32,000 nt of DNA from Edaphobacter aggregans (GCF_003945235.1 NZ_RSDW01000001.1:1200001-1232000), one strand, 5' to 3'. Numbered from the stretch's first letter, positions 1-8,748 are shown. The notes: generated from the letters alone by a model not told the origin. Numbers and translations: made by a program.

Positions 1-572
1 GCATCGCGCAATGCCACCAAATCGCCGCCAGCATCACCATGCGCAAGCCACGTATCCTCTTCACGCTCATGCACCGTCACTATCGACGGCATAACAAGCG
101 AGATGAACTCAAAACCCTCGCGCTCTTTCACATCTTCGAGCGTCAGCCGAAGCGTAGCTCCTTCCAGCGCATAACGCAGCGTAAAGTCCGCCGCTGGAGC
201 ATTCGCCGCATACATCGCCGTGAACAGAAAGTCGACAGCATTGCCCGAAACCCTACTTCCCTTAGGCTTCACCGTCACAGTCGCAAACCCAAAGGGCTCC
301 TTGCAATGCACCGTAGCCCGGAGAGCCTCACCTAACCCCTCTCCGGCAAAACGCACGCCGCTCTTTCGCAGACGATACTCAAACGGAACCCCATCTTCCG
401 CATCGAGCAACAACTCAACCGAGGCCGAACGCAGCATCAGCGGACGCGTCGGCGCACCTCTCGTCCCTATCTCTTCCGCTACCGCCCGCGACGATAGGCC
501 CGCCGCCGCAAGCCCCGCAGCACTCAGCTTCAGGAACGCGCGCCGACTCAGCGCTTCATCAACAACCTGCAT
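1..572 (-). CDS. Secreted protein with twin-arginine (Tat) signal, N-terminal ~190 aa only (gene continues past window start); function unassigned, possibly the beta-sandwich N-domain of a glycan-active enzyme
   Basis: Hand translation of the minus strand from the ATG at 572-570 gives MQVVDEALSRRAFLKLSAAGLAAAGLSS..., containing the canonical S-R-R-x-F-L-K Tat motif. The frame stays open to position 3. A GGGAGA Shine-Dalgarno-like box lies ~8 nt upstream. The gene sits 51 nt downstream of, and co-directional with, the GH27 gene. It is absent from the ORF track because it has no stop inside the window. The listed plus-strand ORFs 39-335 and 220-591 are its antisense shadows. Confidence 0.6.
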   Translation of the reverse strand, partial: MQVVDEALSRRAFLKLSAAGLAAAGLSSRAVAEEIGTRGAPTRPLMLRSASVELLLDAEDGVPFEYRLRKSGVRFAGEGLGEALRATVHCKEPFGFATVTVKPKGSRVSGNAVDFLFTAMYAANAPAADFTLRYALEGATLRLTLEDVKEREGFEFISLVMPSIVTVHEREEDTWLAHGDAGGDLVALRD

Positions 573-623
573 ATTCGGTCTCCCAAGCTAAACGAATCGA
601 AGACTAGCGCTACGAAAACCGAA

Positions 624-1811
624 CTACTGCGACACCTTCAGAAACAGAACGCCATGTCCGGGAATCTTAGCCGTAAAAGGTGCGCTAATCGTGCCCATAT
701 CCTTCCCTTGCCAGATATCCCTCGCCTTCACTGCACGAGTAAATCCGAGCGCCTTGAAGTCGACCGTAGTTGTCAGCGGCGAAGGGTGCCGATTGAAAAC
801 TCCGACAGCCTTCGATCCATCCGCAAGTTGTCGCACCCAAATCTCAAGGGGCCCCTCCACCCACGCACGATCGCCCTGCTTACCCGCCGCATCCTGATCG
901 ACCGCAATCACATCGCGATTGGTTAGCATCGCCTTGGTCTCCGCCGTCATCGTCGACAGGTCGTTCCCCGCCAGCAGCGGAGCCGCAAGAATAGCCCACA
1001 AGCTCATGTGAGTCCTGTACTCATCCGCGTTCATACCGCCGTTGCCCACCTCCAGCATGTCAGGATCGTTCCAGTGCCCCGGCCCTGCAAACTTCGCCAA
1101 GCCCGCCTGGCTAAATCCAATCGCCTCCATGCTCGAATACTTGTCTGAGATGTCACCGGTCGTACGCCACAGATTCCCACCAACCTCCGTGCCCCATCTC
1201 CACACCGCATCATTGCCATACTGGCAAAGGCTATACACAATCGGCCGTCCAGTAGCTTTGAGCGCATCGCGCATCTTGATATACGCATCGAACATGATCT
1301 TGTGTGCTTCTTCCGGCGTCGCAGCCACCTTCATCTGTTCGCGCAGACCGCACAGATCGTACTTCAAATAGTCCATTCCCCAGGCAGCATACGTCCGCGC
1401 ATCCTGCACTTCATGGCCGAGACTTCCCGCAAACTTAGCGCAAGTCAACGCCCCGGGCGACGAGTAGATTCCAATCTTCAACCCCTTGCTATGAACGTAG
1501 TCGGCCAATGCCTTCATGTCAGGAAACCTGCTGTTGGCCTGAATATTCCCCTGCGCGTCCCGCTCGCCTTGCCAGGTATCGTCGATGTTGACGTAGACAT
1601 ATCCCGCGTCGCGCATCCCACTCGAAACCATCGCATCCGCCTGAGCCCTTACCGCCGCATCATCCACATTGCGATGAAAGTGGTTCCAGCTATTCCATCC
1701 CATCGGTGGTCGCGATGCGAGACCATCCGTCTGGGCATTACCGATGAAGGAACCAAACATGGATAAGGCCGCAACGGAAAGGCAAGTCACGCGTAACGTG
1801 GACAATCTCAT
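624..1811 (-). CDS. Glycoside hydrolase family 27 alpha-galactosidase (or alpha-N-acetylgalactosaminidase / beta-L-arabinopyranosidase-type), secreted
   Basis: 395 aa with an N-terminal signal peptide. GH27 hallmarks are present: PPMGWNSWNHF, YVNIDDTW, the nucleophile motif DYLKYDLCG, and the acid/base region LWRTTGDISD. Confidence 0.9.
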   Translation of the reverse strand: MRLSTLRVTCLSVAALSMFGSFIGNAQTDGLASRPPMGWNSWNHFHRNVDDAAVRAQADAMVSSGMRDAGYVYVNIDDTWQGERDAQGNIQANSRFPDMKALADYVHSKGLKIGIYSSPGALTCAKFAGSLGHEVQDARTYAAWGMDYLKYDLCGLREQMKVAATPEEAHKIMFDAYIKMRDALKATGRPIVYSLCQYGNDAVWRWGTEVGGNLWRTTGDISDKYSSMEAIGFSQAGLAKFAGPGHWNDPDMLEVGNGGMNADEYRTHMSLWAILAAPLLAGNDLSTMTAETKAMLTNRDVIAVDQDAAGKQGDRAWVEGPLEIWVRQLADGSKAVGVFNRHPSPLTTTVDFKALGFTRAVKARDIWQGKDMGTISAPFTAKIPGHGVLFLKVSQ

Positions 1812-1954
1812 ATCGATAACTCCTCAATCGAACCCATTTAGATTTCGTCAAAAAGTGTCTGGAAGGACAACAGCTTTATACGTGAACACAAGTTATCGTG
1901 CCAAGAGGTGCACGAGTAATTTTTGAATAGTAAAATTCTACTTTCACCATAGTT

Positions 1955-1976
1955 TGTAATCGAACGACTCATTACA
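1955..1976. promoter_or_regulatory. Inverted repeat TGTAAT-N10-ATTACA in the divergent GH27/GH79 promoter region (candidate operator)
   Basis: TGTAAT at 1955-1960 and its exact reverse complement ATTACA at 1971-1976 lie in the 232-bp AT-rich gap between two divergently transcribed glycosidase genes. Confidence 0.25.
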
Positions 1977-2043
1977 TACCCTCAAAACATGCCGGCGGCT
2001 CGCTAAAAGGTTCGCTCCGAGCATTTACCAATCTGGAGACCCG

Positions 2044-3456
2044 ATGCGCCCGCTGCACAGACTCTTGTCAATCGCCTCCCTTGCAACACTCTCCCTCGGC
2101 TCTGCATTCGCTCAGGTCACAGTCCATCTAGACCCCCACGCCCCCGGCAAACCCATCCCTCAGAACTTCCTCGGCCTCAGCTTCGAGACCTCTGCCACCC
2201 TGCCCGACGCAAAGGGCCACCATCCCTACTTCGACCCCGCTAACCAACCCCTGATCCAGCTCTTCAACACCATCGGCGTCAAAAGCCTCCGCATCGGCGG
2301 AAATACCTCTGACCGCCCATCCGTGCCCATACCCGCAACGGTCGACATCGATCAGGTCTTCGCCTTCGCCCAAAGCGCCAACGTCCATGTGATCTACACC
2401 CTCCGCCTGCGTGACTCCACCCCGCCACAGGTCCAGTTAGCAGCCAGCCACATCATGGAACACTACCCCGACCTAGTCGACTGCCTCGTCGTCGGCAACG
2501 AACCCAACGTCTACGAACACACCTACCCCAAATACGCCGAAGACCTCAAAGCCTTCTATCCGGCAGTCCTCGCCGTCGCACCCAAGACGAAATTCTGCGG
2601 CCCCAGCACAACACCCGGCTCCGGCACGTGGGTCAACAGCTACATCAAAGACTTCCACCAGATGTCCCAGCTCTACCAGGTCGTGCAGCACTCCTACCCC
2701 GGCGGAAACAGCCGCAAGGTCACCGACCCGGCCGCAGCACGCGCCAACATGCTCTCTGCCAGCTTCGAGCACGACTACCAGCACCTCTACGACACCTTCG
2801 TCCCCACCGCTCTCTCCTCCGGCGTGCAGTACCGCATCGAAGAGACCAACAGCTACTACAACGGCGGGGCCAAAGACGTAAGCAACACCTTCGCCAGCTC
2901 GCTATGGGCACTCAGCTACATGTACTGGTGGCTCGCACACGACGCCCAGGGCATCAACTTCCACACCGGCGATCAAGTCGCAGCGGGCGAAACCCAAACC
3001 CCGTGCTGGTACGCCATCTTCTGGAACGCCCCGCAAGGCCTCGAGATCCATCCCATCGCCTACGCTCTCGCCGCCTTCCACATCGCAGGACACGGCAAGC
3101 TCATCCCAATCGATCTCTCGTCTAAATCAGACTCGCTCGAAACCTACGCAACGGCAGCCGATGACGGCAGCATCTATCTCACGGCAATCAACAAGAGCTT
3201 CGGAAGCACAGCCAAACCGGAAAGCCTCAAAATTCCTCTCCCGCAAGGCTATGCCGGCGTTGAAACCATGGCCCTGACAGCACCGAACGCAGACATAGCA
3301 GCCACCACCGGAATCCAGCTTGGTGGAGCCTCCATTCAATCGGACGGCCGCTGGTCGGGCCGCTGGACCAAAGTCCGCCACAATTCCAGCGCCCAGCTGA
3401 CCGTAGCACCAGCAAGCGCACTCATTGTTCGGATCACTCCCTCAGCCACCAAATAG
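2044..3456 (+). CDS. Glycoside hydrolase family 79-like enzyme (beta-glucuronidase type), secreted
   Basis: 470 aa with a signal peptide (…GSAFA/QV). It has the N-terminal FLGLSFE…LRIGGNTSD pattern and the clan GH-A acid/base motif VVGNEPN (Glu153). A candidate nucleophile sits in RIEETNSYY (Glu266/267), ~114 residues downstream. From memory, size and spacing resemble the Acidobacterium capsulatum GH79 beta-glucuronidase. A GGAGA ribosome-binding site precedes the ATG. Confidence 0.72.
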   Translation: MRPLHRLLSIASLATLSLGSAFAQVTVHLDPHAPGKPIPQNFLGLSFETSATLPDAKGHHPYFDPANQPLIQLFNTIGVKSLRIGGNTSDRPSVPIPATVDIDQVFAFAQSANVHVIYTLRLRDSTPPQVQLAASHIMEHYPDLVDCLVVGNEPNVYEHTYPKYAEDLKAFYPAVLAVAPKTKFCGPSTTPGSGTWVNSYIKDFHQMSQLYQVVQHSYPGGNSRKVTDPAAARANMLSASFEHDYQHLYDTFVPTALSSGVQYRIEETNSYYNGGAKDVSNTFASSLWALSYMYWWLAHDAQGINFHTGDQVAAGETQTPCWYAIFWNAPQGLEIHPIAYALAAFHIAGHGKLIPIDLSSKSDSLETYATAADDGSIYLTAINKSFGSTAKPESLKIPLPQGYAGVETMALTAPNADIAATTGIQLGGASIQSDGRWSGRWTKVRHNSSAQLTVAPASALIVRITPSATK

Positions 3457-3476
3457 CAACCCATTCCCACTCATTC

Positions 3477-3512
3477 CCCGAAGGCTGATAGCCTAGAAGG
3501 GAGAGGATTTTT
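3477..3512 (+). terminator. Possible intrinsic terminator after the GH79 gene
   Basis: An imperfect hairpin (ccc ga AGGCT gat AGCCT agaa ggg) is followed a few nt later by a T5 run at 3508-3512. The stem is interrupted and the T-tract is displaced, so this is a weak call. Confidence 0.3.
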
Positions 3513-3565
3513 CGCGTCACCCTGGGCCAGCCCTTGGGGCTTCGATTCTGCCGAAATTACGACCT

Positions 3566-4621
3566 ATGTTCTATCCAACTGACGACCTTCGCATTAAATG
3601 GACCAAAGTTGTCCTTCCGCCAATCTTTCTTGAAGAAGAGCTGCCGATCACAGAGACGGCCTCATCAACCGTCTTCAAGACGCGAAGCGAGATCTGCAAC
3701 ATCCTCCAGGCTAAGGACCATCGCCTCGTCGTAGTCGTCGGCCCATGCTCCATTCACGACACCGAAGCCGCACGCGAGTACGGCACACGCCTCAAATCAG
3801 CCATCGCCGAGTTCTCGCAGGACCTCTGCATCGTCATGCGCGTCTACTTCGAGAAGCCCCGCACCACCCTCGGCTGGAAGGGCCTCATCAACGACCCCTA
3901 CCTCGACGAGTCCTTCCGCATCAACGACGGCCTTCGCAAAGCCCGCCACCTCCTCCTCGACCTAGCCGAAATGGGCGTCCCCGCCGGCACCGAATTCCTC
4001 GACATGATCTCCCCCCAGTACGTCTCCAGCCTCGTAAGTTGGGGCGCCATCGGGGCCCGCACCACCGAAAGCCAGGTCCACCGCGAGCTCGTCTCCGGCC
4101 TCTCCTGTCCCGTCGGCTTCAAAAACGGCACCTCCGGCAACGTCCAGATCGCCATTGAGGCCATTATGTCCGCAGGCCACCCGCACACCTTCCTCGGCCA
4201 CTCCAAAAACGGCCAATCCGCCATCTTCGTCACCAACGGCAACCCTGATTGCCACATCATCCTTCGCGGCGGCCGTCAGACCGTCAACTACGATGCCGCA
4301 TCAGTCGAAGACACGAGCCGCCAGATGGAAAAGGCCGGCATCCCACCACGCATCATGATCGACTGCAGCCACGCCAACAGCCATAAGGATCACACCCAGC
4401 AGGCCGCCGTCTGCAGCAACGTCGCCGGTCAGATTGCCAGCGGCGACCGGCGCATTATGGGCGTCATGCTCGAAAGCAACCTCGTCGCAGGAGCTCAGAA
4501 ACTCATCCCCGGCAAGGAGCTCTGCTACGGCCAAAGCATCACCGACGCCTGCATCGGCTGGGACGAGACTCAAAACTGCCTGCGCGAGCTAGCCACAGCC
4601 GTCCGCTCAGCGCGAGGATGA
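3566..4621 (+). CDS. aroG: 3-deoxy-7-phosphoheptulonate (DAHP) synthase, class I (AroF/G/H type)
   Basis: 351 aa with class I-alpha motifs: RLVVVVGPCSIHD, YFEKPRTTLGWKGLINDP, CPVGFKNGT, IMIDCSHANS. The feedback specificity (Phe/Tyr/Trp) cannot be read from the sequence, so the aroG label is only nominal. Confidence 0.92.
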   Translation: MFYPTDDLRIKWTKVVLPPIFLEEELPITETASSTVFKTRSEICNILQAKDHRLVVVVGPCSIHDTEAAREYGTRLKSAIAEFSQDLCIVMRVYFEKPRTTLGWKGLINDPYLDESFRINDGLRKARHLLLDLAEMGVPAGTEFLDMISPQYVSSLVSWGAIGARTTESQVHRELVSGLSCPVGFKNGTSGNVQIAIEAIMSAGHPHTFLGHSKNGQSAIFVTNGNPDCHIILRGGRQTVNYDAASVEDTSRQMEKAGIPPRIMIDCSHANSHKDHTQQAAVCSNVAGQIASGDRRIMGVMLESNLVAGAQKLIPGKELCYGQSITDACIGWDETQNCLRELATAVRSARG

Positions 4622-4627
4622 CATCAT

Positions 4628-6253
4628 TCAATAGTTGAGATAAACAGGATTCCCAAGGATCAGAAGCGCTCCGGTCTCAGACCGTACATTCACACGTATC
4701 CAGTGCTTCGCCCCATCGCTCTGGTAGGTGAACTCCCTGGTCTGGTCCGCCAGTTTGATTGGCGTCCCATCCAACAGATCAGTTACCCGGCCATCCTGAA
4801 TGATCTCGACATGCGCCCCTGCAAGCCCGATCGTTCTGACCGCAAACTGCACCCGTTCGCCAGAAGCAGCCCTCATGGCATCTCCCATCGAAGCAGACTG
4901 CGAGCCTACCCGCGCCGTAAATTCGATGACCCGATCCCTCGTTCCATCCACATCAACAAAAACATGGCCCGCGCGAATCCCCTGTAAAATCGCCCGCTCC
5001 GACAACTCCGGAGCATAGACCACCGTCGTCGGATGGCCCACAGCAGACCGCGCCTCTGGAGGCAGGTCCGCATTATGATTGTCACTCCCAGCGATCCCCG
5101 GTATCCGAAACCCCTTGTTCAACTCTTCCTGCCAAAAAGGAACACCGGAGTAAGGTCCCTCTACCGAACCGCCATTAACTATTTCAATCGAATCCACCTT
5201 GCTGAAGTCTGTATTGGGAACACTCCAACCACACCCCATGCACGCCGCTCCCGACGGAAGCCCCGGATGATTGATCGAAAACATTCCATGCACTTCCCTT
5301 ACATTTTGCAGCAGAGTGTTGATGTCGGGCACTGACGGACTCGTCAGCCGAAAATCAAGGAACGCCGTTGTGCCAAACACATTCGCGTGCCCTTGAAACG
5401 TCGTAATCTCCCGCGCAGGCATTAATAGAAGGTTGTCGAAATAGGGCTGCAACTCGCGCATAACATTGAACTGCGAGGTCGTGTTGTGGTCACTGATAGC
5501 AATAAAGTCCAGCCCACGCGATGCCGCAGCCTCAACTGTCTTATAGAGCGGGCACGGAACCTTATGTCCCGAACGGCTGAGACATGACCCGTCACTGTGA
5601 GCATCGTGCATGTGCAGATCACCTCGGTACCAGGCATTGCCGGTACGTAGAGGCGCCGCACTGAAGGTCGACACTGCGGCGATATCGCCCTTGCGCTCGA
5701 AATGAATTCTGGCCGTAAACTCCGAGCTCACACCCTGCTCAATGTTCGGAACCCCCAGGATCAGCTTCCATCGCCCCGGGCGAATAGTCCCCGGCAAGTA
5801 AGAAGGCGTGGCATCCGTCTCTGAGATCGTGAACGAGCTCTTGTTGCCCCCACTCCACCCGCGAAAGCGCTCTCCGTCAAACATCCCCAGATCGATCACC
5901 GTGTGCTTCTCTCGTTCCGTATAAGAGCAGTCCACCGTGATCCGCGTAACGCCTTCTCCCACATCGAAAGGAACTTCAACATAAGTCTGGCGATCGGCGT
6001 AAGTAATCGGCCGATGAAGGACCATATCGGCAGCAGGCTGCTGAGCCTCCCCCACCGCGAGTCCCGCAGCCATTACAAGCGCCAGACCGAGCGCTCCTTC
6101 AACAAAACGGACTATCGTCCACCGAAATGTAGAACGTCCCCCCGAAGGAGCCGATGATCTTGAAAAAACACGAAGACCCGGCGTACAAGCGAAACCTCGA
6201 TCCATCATCTTCACACCGCGAAGAGTATCAAAGTTCCTTCCATTGCGGGGCAA
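4628..6253 (-). CDS. PHP-domain metallohydrolase (CehA/McbA-like) with N-terminal signal/anchor and beta-sandwich domain
   Basis: 541 aa. PHP metal-binding pattern GDLHMHDAHSDGS, then AISDHNT, INHPG and GSDNH. A hydrophobic N-terminal segment (GALGLALVMAAGLAVGEA) is present. The true start may be the internal MMDRG (about 6208). The stop is only 6 nt from the convergent DAHP synthase stop. Confidence 0.75.
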   Translation of the reverse strand: MPRNGRNFDTLRGVKMMDRGFACTPGLRVFSRSSAPSGGRSTFRWTIVRFVEGALGLALVMAAGLAVGEAQQPAADMVLHRPITYADRQTYVEVPFDVGEGVTRITVDCSYTEREKHTVIDLGMFDGERFRGWSGGNKSSFTISETDATPSYLPGTIRPGRWKLILGVPNIEQGVSSEFTARIHFERKGDIAAVSTFSAAPLRTGNAWYRGDLHMHDAHSDGSCLSRSGHKVPCPLYKTVEAAASRGLDFIAISDHNTTSQFNVMRELQPYFDNLLLMPAREITTFQGHANVFGTTAFLDFRLTSPSVPDINTLLQNVREVHGMFSINHPGLPSGAACMGCGWSVPNTDFSKVDSIEIVNGGSVEGPYSGVPFWQEELNKGFRIPGIAGSDNHNADLPPEARSAVGHPTTVVYAPELSERAILQGIRAGHVFVDVDGTRDRVIEFTARVGSQSASMGDAMRAASGERVQFAVRTIGLAGAHVEIIQDGRVTDLLDGTPIKLADQTREFTYQSDGAKHWIRVNVRSETGALLILGNPVYLNY

Positions 6254-6405
6254 ACTAAAAGCTAATAGAGAAAAAACAACCGACCCAGCCCACTGAGCCC
6301 GGAAAACTTGTCAAGCCCCAAACCGCAAATCTCCGCGTCAATCAAGGAGAATCACGCGCCGAGGAATTCCCTCCAATTCGCTATACTGTAGAGAGACAAG
6401 TAAGA

Positions 6406-6436
6406 GAGCCCGGCCTGCAACCGGGCTTTTCTCTTT
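6406..6436 (+). terminator. Terminator-like GC hairpin plus T-tract with no plus-strand gene upstream (orphan; possible sRNA 3' end or bidirectional terminator)
   Basis: GCCCGG (6408-6413), 7-nt loop, CCGGGC (6421-6426), followed by TTTTCTCTTT. An A-rich run precedes it, so it could also work on the minus strand. Both flanking genes are on the minus strand. Confidence 0.35.
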
Positions 6437-6543
6437 AAACATGGATACTTAGCAAGCGAGCTGACGAATTTGAACTCTTCAGCACGAAACCAATAGATGG
6501 AACTTTAGCAATCAAGTCCGAACCTATCTCTTTACCCTAGAAG

Positions 6544-6567
6544 ACTTTGCATGAAAAACACCCCCCG
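6544..6567 (-). terminator. Intrinsic terminator of the ROK regulator gene
   Basis: The minus strand reads GTACCCCCCGGGGGGTGTTTTTCAT. This is a C6/G6 self-complementary GC stem extended by A-T and G-U pairs, followed by a T-run, ~50 nt downstream of the stop at 6618. Confidence 0.5.
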
Positions 6568-6617
6568 GGGGGTACTTCGGCGGCCTCTACTTCGGATCAC
6601 CATCCATTGAGAAGTTT

Positions 6618-7916
6618 TCAACGCGCCACAGCTGTCTCTTTCTTGGAGCGACCCTTTGGCTTGCGAACCTGCTGTTCCTCCGCAGAGGAATGCGCGGAAC
6701 GATGGTATCCAGAGTGGCGCTGTAGCACCAAAGCGGCCGCGCCCCTGAGCCTTGCTAACTCTGCGTCCGTCGTGACCATCAACCTGGGTGACACACCGGC
6801 CAGCATCTTGCCATTCAGTTCCGCCTCGACGATGGGACCGAACCTCGCCCATGAGATGGTTAGATCTCCGGTGAGCAAGATCAATTCAGGAGATAACGCG
6901 GTTGCAATCAGTCTTAGTCCCTGCCCCAGAAACATCGCCTGCCGGTTCAAGGCTTCGATTGCCTTGCGATCCCCATCCTCTGCTCGATTCAGCAACTCTC
7001 GAATGGTCAGCACAGGCGTCTTCGGAGAGAGCTCTGTATAGAAACGAAGAGCTGCGCGCGAGGACGCATACATCTCCCAGCATCCGTTGCGGCCACAACC
7101 GCACTGCGGCCCGCTCGGATTGAGCGGCACGTGGCCAAACTCGCCCGCTAAGCCGGCTTTGCCGGTCACTAATTGACCGCTCGCCAAAATTGCCGCCCCA
7201 ACACCCTCCGAGATCGTAATGAGCACGGCATTGCGAATGCCATCCATTCGGCCAAACCAAAGCTCCGAAAGCAGACACGCATTCGCTGCGTTGTCCATCT
7301 CTACCTGGAGAGGGATGCGCTGCTCAATCGCCTTCTTGATGTCGTAGTCGGACCATTTCAGATTCGGCGCCAGAATCAGCCGTTGGGAGATAGGATCGAC
7401 GCGTCCGGGAAGGCTGAGACCAATTCCTTCGAACGATTTCTCAGGGTGTCTCGCCCTCATCCTCTCCATGGAATCGATCAGATTGCTTACACCCCGTTCA
7501 GGATCCGTAAGGAGCGGCAGCGCCTCGCGCGACAGAAATCGTCCGTTCAGGTCGACAACAGCAATGATCGCCTGGTCAGGGCGTATATCGGCGACGAGAA
7601 TCACCATGTCGCCGTTCAATGAGAGCAGTGTAGGCCTGCGACCTCGTGGCCGCCGCGCTGCAGCACCTTCGACGATCCATTTCTCCTCTAAAAGCTGTTC
7701 GACGATCGAGGAGACGGTGCTCGGCTGCAAGCCGGAACTGCGCGAAAGGTCTGCACGCGCAATCGGCTGCTTCGTCCGGATAAGCTCAAGAATCACGTCC
7801 CGATTGATATCGCGTGCGACCTCGCTCGACGCAAGCTCCACGTATGCCAGGTCAATTCGTCTGATGCCCTGTCTTCTTTGAGCTCGATCTATCTGCGTCT
7901 TCATCATCCCTTCCAC
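6618..7916 (-). CDS. ROK-family transcriptional regulator (NagC/XylR-like repressor)
   Basis: 432 aa. The N-terminal winged-HTH region (INRDVILELIRTKQPIARADLSRSSGLQPSTVSSIVEQLLEE) is followed by a ROK sugar-kinase-like domain. It carries the Zn motif GHVPLNPSGPQCGCGRNGCWE (CxCGxxGCxE). It is divergent from the SDR/GH3/GH67/ManD genes. Confidence 0.85.
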   Translation of the reverse strand: MEGMMKTQIDRAQRRQGIRRIDLAYVELASSEVARDINRDVILELIRTKQPIARADLSRSSGLQPSTVSSIVEQLLEEKWIVEGAAARRPRGRRPTLLSLNGDMVILVADIRPDQAIIAVVDLNGRFLSREALPLLTDPERGVSNLIDSMERMRARHPEKSFEGIGLSLPGRVDPISQRLILAPNLKWSDYDIKKAIEQRIPLQVEMDNAANACLLSELWFGRMDGIRNAVLITISEGVGAAILASGQLVTGKAGLAGEFGHVPLNPSGPQCGCGRNGCWEMYASSRAALRFYTELSPKTPVLTIRELLNRAEDGDRKAIEALNRQAMFLGQGLRLIATALSPELILLTGDLTISWARFGPIVEAELNGKMLAGVSPRLMVTTDAELARLRGAAALVLQRHSGYHRSAHSSAEEQQVRKPKGRSKKETAVAR

Positions 7917-8080
7917 TTACTGAACTCCATAAATGTATGCGCTACATCACTTGAATCTGTTCATGGTGTTGGATTGTTCCTCAGGTCTGACGGCCCGGTC
8001 ACTGCGAAAAACTACTTCTCGCGTCTTCGAAGACAATGCGAAATGATCAAAGCGACGGACGTATCGGAATAAGATCACCT

Positions 8081-8094
8081 CGCGGATTATTTCC
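8081..8094 (+). promoter_or_regulatory. Candidate operator half-site CGCGGATTATTTCC (member of a recurring ATTATTTC motif)
   Basis: It lies in the ROK/SDR divergent intergenic region. It is near-identical to the reverse complement of 9659-9672 (CGCGAAATTATTTC). Confidence 0.25.
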
Positions 8095-8748
8095 GAAGTT
8101 CGGCAGAAACAGTCCCTCGACTCCTTAAGCGAAATAAGCCCGTGATTACGTATATCTGAATTAAATATTTATTACAACAAAGTTTTTAATGTCATCTATG
8201 ATCTGGCGATAAGACTCGAATATACATCTTCTGCATCATCCCGCCACAGCACCGACCGTTTACCGCTTCTACCAACATCTGCAATAGTCTACGACTATCT
8301 AACGTCAGAACTTCTCGTCTTTCTCTATTTGTCCATTCATATTTATTCGCATATACAACTATACCTATCAGGCATTAGCGTTTCCCCAATAGTGCAGAAT
8401 GAAAGGCGCGTCAAACTTCATGCGTACATCCTCACCGTAGATGGGATGGCACTCTTTCCGTAAGCACCGCCGCAAAGCTCACAATCTAGCGTCTGGAAAG
8501 CATATGGCCCCTTTTGGATATCTGCGAGATAAATCATCGCCATCAGCCACCGGGACTTTTTCTTCATCTCCATCCCGGCGAAAACATGCACAATTGAAAG
8601 GTGTTCTGTTGCAAAGCTGCCGAAGAGCGCTTCGGTTGTCTACGGTATCACTTTCCCAGATATTAGGGTGACAATGTTGAATTATTTGTAGTACAAAACA
8701 TAAGGACTTTTTAGCCAAATTCAGTTGTGCAAAGAGCATCGAGTGACT

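Noticed and set aside
39-591. Plus-strand ORFs 39-335 and 220-591 at the left edge.
   Set aside because: Their composition is Arg/Ser/Pro-rich and implausible. The minus strand has an open frame with a canonical Tat signal and an SD-like box.
3566-6253. DAHP synthase and the PHP/CehA hydrolase, considered as functional members of the glycan-utilisation cluster.
   Set aside because: DAHP synthase is a housekeeping shikimate-pathway enzyme. The two genes are convergent, with stops 6 nt apart, and share no promoter with the glycosidases. Adjacency alone gives no functional link.
6551-6562. The CCCCCCGGGGGG palindrome, considered as a special recognition or recombination site.
   Set aside because: Its position ~50 nt after the ROK stop, and the T-run that follows on the coding strand, are fully explained by an intrinsic terminator.
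8100-8440. The AT-rich island, considered as a remnant of a mobile element or horizontally acquired insert.
   Set aside because: I saw no terminal inverted repeats, direct-repeat flanks, transposase or integrase fragments, or adjacent tRNA. AT-rich divergent promoter regions are normal in high-GC genomes.
8441-8671. The 76-aa plus-strand ORF in the long intergenic region, considered as a small protein gene.
   Set aside because: It is Lys/Arg/Ser-rich with no hydrophobic core, no ribosome-binding site and no family resemblance. It overlaps the predicted hairpins, so the region is more likely non-coding leader.
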